Part shown: in pieces, positions 54,632 through 64,000 of the stretch
Numbering within the stretch: the stretch's first letter is position 1
Layout of the letters: every line of letters begins with the position of its first letter
Assembly: GCA_044892525.1 (NCBI GenBank)
Contig: CM097885.1
Span: 35,466,001 to 35,530,000, forward strand
Direction of reading: 5' to 3'
Source: Schmidtea polychroa
Taxonomy: Eukaryota
DNA: 64,000 bases
Translations under genes and position numbers: made by a program
The notes under the pieces: generated by a model
Databases searched by the model: none
Seen by the model: only the letters and a program-made list of their open reading frames with translations
Told to the model about the DNA's origin: nothing

Positions 54632-55748
54632 CAATTTAAAGATGAAAAGAAATATTTAATTGTTAACATTTTATATATGCTGATACCAAGAAATCATCAC
54701 TTTATATTATTATTATTAAACGAAAGTTTCTTGGTAGCAGCATAAATTAAATGCTTAACAAGTCAATGATAGAATAAACCTTCTCTTGGAAAATGTTGGA
54801 CTAAAACTGAATTTCAGACCCAGAGTTAAGATTATGACGAAGTGCATCATCGCATAACACGTATACCCAGCTTTAGGCGTACTTAAAAATATAAAAACAT
54901 CAACTAAACAAATATAATAGCGAAACACTGTACCCAAAAATAAAACATTGAAATTAAAAGAAAATTAGAACACGAGTAAGAAGTATAATACGAAATTACT
55001 CAAAGACAACCTAAATACATAACAAGTAACAAAAAATTCGAATTAAGGCGATAAGTAAAAATTAAAAAGAAAATCAAAGAAATACCCATAAAAATAATAA
55101 AATAAATTAAAATCAAGAAAAAATAGAATAAAAAATGAATAAAAACCCAGAACAACCCATTAAAATGGCGAAATCTATCATGGTCGCCAAACCACGTAAT
55201 AAAATTCATCAAAAAGATTCTTTAAGTTTAAAATGACAAAAATTATAAAAAGAATTTATTGTAACTAAGACGAACATTGTAAATAATAAAATAAAAAATT
55301 TATTTATTATAGAATTGTGATCGTGATTTGGCTGCAATACTGACTGGAAACTTCTTTCTGTATTGTTGATTAGAGTTTTATTGTTGAGCTTCATCATCTT
55401 CGTTTTCTTCTTAAAAGCTTGCGTATTTGTAATTTCTCTTATTTAAACAAACCTATTTTTTCTCTTAGTAAATTTTTAATATTAAATATTTAATTAAAGT
55501 ATATTTTTAAGAACATTTTGCGAAACATTAAAATATTGTATTTAATTCTATTTAATTTTTGTTCCGTTTGCTAATAGTAAACGCTAGTAGATGGATGGGG
55601 GCCATCTGGATCAGGGGCCCTCTGGATCACATACCCCCCCCCCCTAGTGGAAATTTTTTAAAATTCTTTTCAAGGTCAAATTTGTTAATGTAAAGTTCAA
55701 TTTTTTGTTAATTTGAAATTCGAGAGTTCCCGACAAGAGATATTATTA

Positions 55749-56126
55749 CCCTAAGTTCTTGTCTATAAGCCGCGGCTTATCTAAAAAAAAACCAACCCGA
55801 CATTCATAAAAACAGTATCGGCTTATACATAAGTACGGCTTATACACAAAATATATTAAATGAAAAGGTTATGCATTTTTAAAAAAATATTTGCCCACTA
55901 ATAATTTTCCTTTTAATTTAAATTCTCGATTAATCAAAGCCATCAAATTCTTCTCCTGATTCAGTATTGAAAAATTCAAGAATATCATTATAAGATGCTG
56001 GAATTTCTGATTCAATTTCTGATCCATGAGTCCGGCTTATCTAAGATAAAAAAAAATTTTTTTTTTATATGTGATTTAGAGAAACCGGTTTATGCACGAG
56101 TCCGGCTTATAGACAAGAACTTAGGG
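55749..56126. mobile_element. Tc1/mariner-superfamily (pogo-like) MITE inside the TIR of element C
   Basis: Perfect 24-bp TIR CCCTAAGTTCTTGTCTATAAGCCG, TA on both sides, internal CGGCTTAT repeats. Confidence 0.88.
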
Positions 56127-56550
56127 TATTTGAAAATAAAGGTCTTTGAAACACAGGGATTATTATTATATATACTCTGAGTTTATCCGAAAAGATATTC
56201 TGTCACCCCTATGGGTATTGTTCACAAAGGTGCTGGTCACACTCAACAAGTCGCAAGGGTATTATTAAACAAATCAATAAAACATACATTTATTTAAACA
56301 ATAAAATAATTTAACAAGGGTTATGTAAATACAAAGTCATTTTATTATTATTATTACTATTTTTATTAATATTACTATTATTACTATTATTATTATTATT
56401 ATTATTATTAATATTATTATTCTTATTATTATTATTATTATTATTATTTTATTTATTTATTTTTTTTTTAATATTTTAATTTATTTATTTATTATTTATT
56501 TATATTTTCATTTTTATTTTTTTTTATTATTATTATTATTTTATTATTAA

Positions 56551-56608
<58 letters not shown>

Positions 56609-56710
56609 TTATTATTATTATTATTTTCATTATTATTATTATTAAGATTTACAAATTATTATTAGTTTTCATAATAAATTAAGACATTAAAAGATATATT
56701 GAATCACAGA

Positions 56711-59700
56711 TCAATTCGATAACAATACGTCATCTATATCAATATCATTGTCATCATTAGCTTCATTGTCATCATCATTGAAATCTAGACTCATTCCGCT
56801 AAAAAGTGAACGAATTTATGAAATTACTTGATCAACATCTGGAACATCGACTCCTAAATAATGTCCATATGCGAGACTGGAATTTTTCCCCACCCATAAT
56901 CGTTTGTCATCGTTGTTTGACAACGCGATCTTGGTATTTTTAAACGTAAGAAGCTGGTGGTTACGCGTCCCTATTCTAGTTTGTGGTACCGAAAATACTA
57001 CGCTGTTGTTGTAGCAGTCTAAATAAGACTGGTGCCCTATCTCAGTATTACCAAGCTGAACTCCCTTTGCTTTTAAATGATTTTTATCCCCTAACAAACT
57101 ATAGCACTTGGGTCTTAAGAAAACCCATTCCTTATACCCTAAACCTTTACTTTCGTCCTTAAATTTCCCTATCACAGAATCCAAACTCTTTGAATACAAA
57201 GGATGAGCAGGATCATAATTGCTAGTATCTAGAAGATTAGCACGAATCATTGCCGGCAAAAGAGTGTCAAGCTTACAGTGCTTTATCTCTAAGAAAAAGG
57301 AGTCAGTGTCACCGGCAACGATATTTATATTACAATTAAATTCAGACCTGTACTTGGCCAATTCCACATATTGTAGTTGATACATTCTTAGTTTAGACAG
57401 GTCTAACACTGTTTGACCAATATAGCTAGGCCTGTCTAAACATATTGAATCTTTATCCAGATGAGCAGCAATCAGATCATCAGCAATTTTGATAGATTTT
57501 CTGAAAGTAGGTTTTGAAGCATATACAATCATCTTTTCAGCTGAATTGCATAGCCTCAAATTCATCCGCTTTTTCAGATTCTCCACCGATTTACCATACA
57601 AGCTATTGTTAAATAATTTGTATAAATCCCTATATAATTCACATGTAGAATTGGCTCGTAAATTAGTGTTTTTGTCTATGTACGATTTAAAAATGGGTGC
57701 ATGCTTAAATTTAATTGCCCTATGTACATTTTTAATAATAGCCCCCAACTCTATATACAACTTGAGAAGTCGCCAATGAAGAACATGGTTCTTCTTCGGC
57801 CAATGCGTGAGCATCAACTTCTCAACTTTGGAGTTCGGTGGGCACATTTTTTCCGGAGCAATCGGAAAATCATTCAAAAAATCATGCACACACTGAGGGA
57901 TATCAATATCAACCTCCAGAGTATACCCATATGGAAGATTTTCAATATCCTCATTCATACATTCATTCAAGACAGAATCAAGATCATCATACACCCATTC
58001 AAAGTCAGCATAAGGCAGATTTTGGCTTAAGGCCCATCCATACAAGTTATTTATGTCAATATACAATAGTTCTGTGTCTTCAGAACTAGCAACATAATGT
58101 TTGTTAACAAATGTTAACCCACCTCGTATCCCTCCCTCATAGAAATTAAACATTTCCATGTCCTGCAGAAGTTCAATGGGTTCCGTTAATGTCATAAGCG
58201 CTGAGGCCCATGACATACCGGGAATGCCATAGAAATTTAGAGGCTCCAGACCATTGTAAGCAATGGCCTTTGCACGGAATTGTTGAAAATAATCTGCGAG
58301 GAGAAACACATCAAGTTTAAGGTATGTTAACATATAGTCTAACATGTTGTTGCAATTTTGCTGAGTCCAAATAACTTGGGCTAATGCATACTCATCAATA
58401 GACACAGAATCCCAGATCGGAGGTAGTTCAAGAGTCGATTCCAGAACCTCAAGCGATGTAGCGAAGTCATATGGAAAGATACCTTTGGCTCGAACAATTG
58501 CGCCATCAAAAACAGAAGAAGTTAAAGGCAGATCGGAAAGAGTCTTAACTGCTTTTGCTAGAGATGAATTAACAAACTGCATGCTGTCAATAAAACGAAC
58601 AGGCAATTTGTTAATGTACGCGATGAGGGAGATGAATTTCTCGGTAGTAGTCGGAATAATATTTAATTCCCAAGAAGGAAAATTATTCAAACCATATTTC
58701 AAAATATGATGGAGATCATACCCCCTCAAATTATGAAACACAACCGGTAACTGGCTCTGAATTCGCCGAGAAACATTACATTTCCTACAAGCAGCACCAA
58801 GATACCTGCCTGAGAAGTGTCAATGGTCCCTAACTCTATCTTTAATAAATTTCTTACAAAGGTAACAGGTTCTGGATTCTCGAAAAGCCCGCTCTTCAGT
58901 GAAAGACAAGGTTTGCATGGGCTTTTTCCCATTAATTTCGTAATATGGCAGGACAATTTTGACCGCAATTTCCTCCACCTTACGCAAGAAAGACAACACA
59001 CAATCATCCCCAACAAACTCATAATAAAATTTTGTGTTATTATAATTATTAATTAATAACATGCCTGCTGTTATTGGCAAGTGTTTTTGATGATGGATAA
59101 TGTCTTCAGGTAAAATTGCCTCAAAATCGGCATATATCACGAATGGCGGGGCGATTGTCTTGGAGTAATCTTTAAATAATAAATTTTTATCTTTAGGTAG
59201 GGTGTATAGAGTTGTTCCTATCTGGTTTTTTATGCATAAGGCGACATGAATATCAAATGCATTTTTATGTCTAAATCCATTAAGACAATGGGGGCACCAG
59301 TTAACTTTAATTCTAACGCTGCATTCACTGCTAGAGTGACAATTCATTAGTCTTTGTAAGTTAAAAACTGCGGTATAATGGAAATTATCACCGTCTTCCA
59401 ATAAAAGTAAGTATATGGGTTCACCACCTATAACCTTAGATCGGTGAATAATATCTAATTGAGGATGATGTGGAATATAGTTACTATCATCGTTTTCAGA
59501 AGGCTTAGCTGGGTTCTTTTTATAAATTAAAACATTTATTGATAAATTTAAATCATTATTTTTCCTTTCAAATTTAGGGATATCACATAATTTCATGGGA
59601 CAATCACTTATAGGGTCAAAATTTAACTCGTCAAGATAATTTTCATAGGAACTAACTCTATTTCTATTTATATGTACTACATTACGTTTTAAAAGGGCTA

Positions 59701-60349
59701 AAATACTATATATAAAGCACATATCGTCAGTGTTTTTGACGTTTACTATTGCTTTTTTAGAATTTAAAGCCGCTGGGGTGGGGATATAACTATGTCCAGC
59801 TAATCTATTTATACATTTATATTTATTTATTATAAAATCTATCTCTTTGATTTTAACCACTCGCCATCCGCTACCCAAATATGTGAATTTTTCTATTTTC
59901 TCATTTAACTTAGTGATACCCTTTACTAGAAAATTATATGAAAAAACTTCGGCGTTATTGGAGAAAAAATTATCCTTTAATTCGCCATCTTTCTCAAATT
60001 GGATTAAAACGGTGAATTGTATTTTAACTGTACCCATACCGTTTATTTCGGTAATTAATTTATTTGTCATCTTATTTGTAATGAAAACTTGTACCAAGTT
60101 ATCTTTTTCCATATTAAATCGTAAATTCTTTCTAGCCCCCTTAAAATCTATCTCAATTTCAGGTTCATCGTCAATATCGATCAAACCACCTATTTGATTA
60201 TATATTGAATCACCAGTTGTATTAATTTTAACAATTTTAGAGGGAACACCAGACCCAAAACTAACAGCAGGCTGTTTATTATTATTTAGAATATTATTTA
60301 TTTTATTATTTAGATTCGTATTTAGATTAGTATTATTTACATTATTATT
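56711..60349 (-). pseudogene. polB: Protein-primed PolB of element C, left arm; 5'-truncated, with premature stops
   Basis: ORFs 58820-60184 and 56816-58741 are one frame broken by TGA in RDH*H. An in-frame acidic tail continues past the TAA at 56816 to a TGA at 56711. Confidence 0.92.
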
Positions 60350-60409
60350 AAGTAAATTTTATTAAGTAAATTTATTTTTAAAATTTAATTGAAATTAAAA
60401 ATTGTTTAG

Positions 60410-60670
60410 TTGATGAAACAATTAATGATGGTGAAAATGTTATTGAGGACAATACCCGAGATATTATCATGGAATCAACGGGTAAATTTATTTTATTTAA
60501 TTAATGAATTACAAAAACTTTAGGTAATGATACCTCGAATGTTGAATATGCCCCAAATATTAATGATGTTTCTGATGAATATGCCCTCACATCAATTGAG
60601 GAGGAAATTAATCATGCCTCCGTTTCTTATGGGGATGAATCTGAGGATGATTCCGATATAGAATCAAAAT
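60410..60670 (+). CDS. Two acidic exons homologous to the element A leader
   Basis: Exons 60410-60481 and 60524-60670 with a 42-nt GT-AG intron, phase 1. They end SEDDSDIESK followed by a GTTAGT donor (element A: SEDDSDMESQ plus GTAAG). Confidence 0.7.
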
Positions 60671-61151
60671 GTTAGTTATATTTTATTATTATTTTTTAAA
60701 TTAATTTAAAATTGTGTTTGATAATTAATTTGTTTAATAACCACATATAAATTATGAAAATGTTGAAAATGATGAAAATATTCCTGAAATTATTATGAAA
60801 ATGTTGAAAATTGTGAGAATGTTCCAGAAACTTCTGAAAAATGCTGAAAATTATGAAAATGTTCCTGAATTTATTATGAAAATGTTGAAAATTATGAAAA
60901 ATATGAAAATGTTTCTGAAAATAATTATGAAAATCATGAAATGTTCCTGAAAATTATGAAAATCTTTCTGAAGATAATTATGAAAAATCTGAAATTTATG
61001 ACAAATATGAATATGTTCCTGAAAATGATGTTGAAATTAATAAGTTGTTATGAAAATAATTATTGAATAGAAATAATACTTTGAAAATATTAATTGTCAA
61101 ACATAGTTTGCATTGAGCACGCAACTACTCTCTTTTATAATAATATTTAAA

Positions 61152-61234
<83 letters not shown>

Positions 61235-61467
61235 TAATAATAACAATGATAATAATATTTATGATTTCATATCTCCCATATTTTATACCTCTGATAATAA
61301 AAATATTACAATAAATTATATATGTATTCCGATTATTATTCCGTTTTATAATTATTATGCGATAAAAACTGCTTAAGAATTGTTAATAAAGACATTAAAT
61401 ATAAATGCAATTAACTATTAATTTTTAAATCTATTAATATATTTGATATATATTTATAATTTATCAG

Positions 61468-64000
61468 GTAAATTATACCCCCGCTACTGCATGTCATCAA
61501 ATGATCATACAAATATATGCCATAAAAATATGAAAAAATACTACGGTCATAGATTCTATGGCATCAACTACTTTATATGTCCAATATGCGAGACTTCCCA
61601 CAGCATTAAATATATAGAGTTTTATAATATTCACAAATCACATTTAAATCTGTTTTCTTTAAATAAAAAGAAATTGTTTATCAAAATACAACAGTCAACA
61701 CATAATACTACAAAACACCTAAATACAAAACCTATAAATTATAATTATAATACAAAACATGTAAATAATAATGTAAATAATACTAATCTAAATACGAATC
61801 TAAATAATAAAATAAATAATATTCTAAATAATAATAAACAGCCTGCTGTTAGTTTTGGGTCTGGTGTTCCCTCTAAAATTGTTAAAATTAATACAACTGG
61901 TGATTCAATATATAATCAAATAGGTGGTTTGATCGATATTGACGATGAACCTGAAATTGAGATAGATTTTAAGGGGGCTAGAAAGAATTTACGATTTAAT
62001 ATGGAAAAAGATAACTTGGTACAAGTTTTCATTACAAATAAGATGACAAATAAATTAATTACCGAAATAAACGGTATGGGTACAGTTAAAATACAATTCA
62101 CCGTTTTAATCCAATTTGAGAAAGATGGCGAATTAAAGGATAATTTTTTCTCCAATAACGCCGAAGTTTTTTCATATAATTTTCTAGTAAAGGGTATCAC
62201 TAAGTTAAATGAGAAAATAGAAAAATTCACATATTTGGGTAGCGGATGGCGAGTGGTTAAAATCAAAGAGATAGATTTTATAATAAATAAATATAAATGT
62301 ATAAATAGATTAGCTGGACATAGTTATATCCCCACCCCAGCGGCTTTAAATTCTAAAAAAGCAATAGTAAACGTCAAAAACACTGACGATATGTGCTTTA
62401 TATATAGTATTTTAGCCCTTTTAAAACGTAATGTAGTACATATAAATAGAAATAGAGTTAGTTCCTATGAAAATTATCTTGACGAGTTAAATTTTGACCC
62501 TATAAGTGATTGTCCCATGAAATTATGTGATATCCCTAAATTTGAAAGGAAAAATAATGATTTAAATTTATCAATAAATGTTTTAATTTATAAAAAGAAC
62601 CCAGCTAAGCCTTCTGAAAACGATGATAGTAACTATATTCCACATCATCCTCAATTAGATATTATTCACCGATCTAAGGTTATAGGTGGTGAACCCATAT
62701 ACTTACTTTTATTGGAAGACGGTGATAATTTCCATTATACCGCAGTTTTTAACTTACAAAGACTAATGAATTGTCACTCTAGCAGTGAATGCAGCGTTAG
62801 AATTAAAGTTAACTGGTGCCCCCATTGTCTTAATGGATTTAGACATAAAAATGCATTTGATATTCATGTCGCCTTATGCATAAAAAACCAGATAGGAACA
62901 ACTCTATACACCCTACCTAAAGATAAAAATTTATTATTTAAAGATTACTCCAAGACAATCGCCCCGCCATTCGTGATATATGCCGATTTTGAGGCAATTT
63001 TACCTGAAGACATTATCCATCATCAAAAACACTTGCCAATAACAGCAGGCATGTTATTAATTAATAATTATAATAACACAAAATTTTATTATGAGTTTGT
63101 TGGGGATGATTGTGTGTTGTCTTTCTTGCGTAAGGTGGAGGAAATTGCGGTCAAAATTGTCCTGCCATATTACGAAATTAATGGGAAAAAGCCCATGCAA
63201 ACCTTGTCTTTCACTGAAGAGCGGGCTTTTCGAGAATCCAGAACCTGTTACCTTTGTAAGAAATTTATTAAAGATAGAGTTAGGGACCATTGACACTTCT
63301 CAGGCAGGTATCTTGGTGCTGCTTGTAGGAAATGTAATGTTTCTCGGCGAATTCAGAGCCAGTTACCGGTTGTGTTTCATAATTTGAGGGGGTATGATCT
63401 CCATCATATTTTGAAATATGGTTTGAATAATTTTCCTTCTTGGGAATTAAATATTATTCCGACTACTACCGAGAAATTCATCTCCCTCATCGCGTACATT
63501 AACAAATTGCCTGTTCGTTTTATTGACAGCATGCAGTTTGTTAATTCATCTCTAGCAAAAGCAGTTAAGACTCTTTCCGATCTGCCTTTAACTTCTTCTG
63601 TTTTTGATGGCGCAATTGTTCGAGCCAAAGGTATCTTTCCATATGACTTCGCTACATCGCTTGAGGTTCTGGAATCGACTCTTGAACTACCTCCGATCTG
63701 GGATTCTGTGTCTATTGATGAGTATGCATTAGCCCAAGTTATTTGGACTCAGCAAAATTGCAACAACATGTTAGACTATATGTTAACATACCTTAAACTT
63801 GATGTGTTTCTCCTCGCAGATTATTTTCAACAATTCCGTGCAAAGGCCATTGCTTACAATGGTCTGGAGCCTCTAAATTTCTATGGCATTCCCGGTATGT
63901 CATGGGCCTCAGCGCTTATGACATTAACGGAACCCATTGAACTTCTGCAGGACATGGAAATGTTTAATTTCTATGAGGGAGGGATACGAGGTGGGTTAAC
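61468..64000 (+). pseudogene. polB: Protein-primed PolB of element C, right arm, including the Cys/His N-terminal exon; truncated by the window
   Basis: CAG acceptor at 61465-67, then KLYPRYC...CPIC...H..H. Same TGA at 63291-93 as in the left arm. Confidence 0.92.

Larger units (their letters stand above)
55586..64000. mobile_element. Second-family Maverick, element C; rearranged as a fold-back and running off the window
   Basis: Starts AGTAGATGGATGGGGGCC after AACGCT, with the same terminal architecture and inner-TIR module as A. Contains two inverted polB copies. Confidence 0.9.

Noticed and set aside
57489..59056. Short antisense or off-frame ORFs within polB and other core genes
   Set aside because: Shadow ORFs of long coding regions with no independent motifs.

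Overview
Very AT-rich, repeat-dominated eukaryotic (animal) DNA with no intact host gene. A short 18S rRNA relic looks flatworm/triclad-like from memory; this is unverified. The centrepiece is a full-length 18.8-kb Maverick/Polinton (adintovirus-like endogenous virus) at 9701-28479, with AGTAG...CTACT ends, ~1.1-1.2 kb TIRs and a 6-bp TSD (AATTGT). It is inserted just upstream of the YVDD motif of a Penelope-like retroelement that retains a minimal hammerhead ribozyme. Its core genes are protein-primed PolB, integrase, packaging ATPase, adenain protease, and major and minor capsid. It also carries an accessory set partly hidden from the ORF track by 37-49 nt spliceosomal introns: a Bcl-2 homologue, an IAP/MDM2-type RING protein, a miniature TBP-like protein, a putative SSB and a putative GPI-anchored coiled-coil protein. 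The integrase catalytic motif is split by an intron made almost entirely of (ATT)n, and PolB appears to be spliced onto an upstream acidic multi-exon leader. Three more Maverick-derived loci follow: a 6.0-kb non-autonomous element with its own TSD (43306-49340), an old integrase/penton relic split by a hAT element and flanked by a possible viral glycoprotein remnant (~49700-52430), and a second-family element from 55586 that forms a large fold-back palindrome of polB. The rest is MITEs, transposase relics, an actin pseudogene and microsatellites. All calls come from manual reading; no database searches were run.
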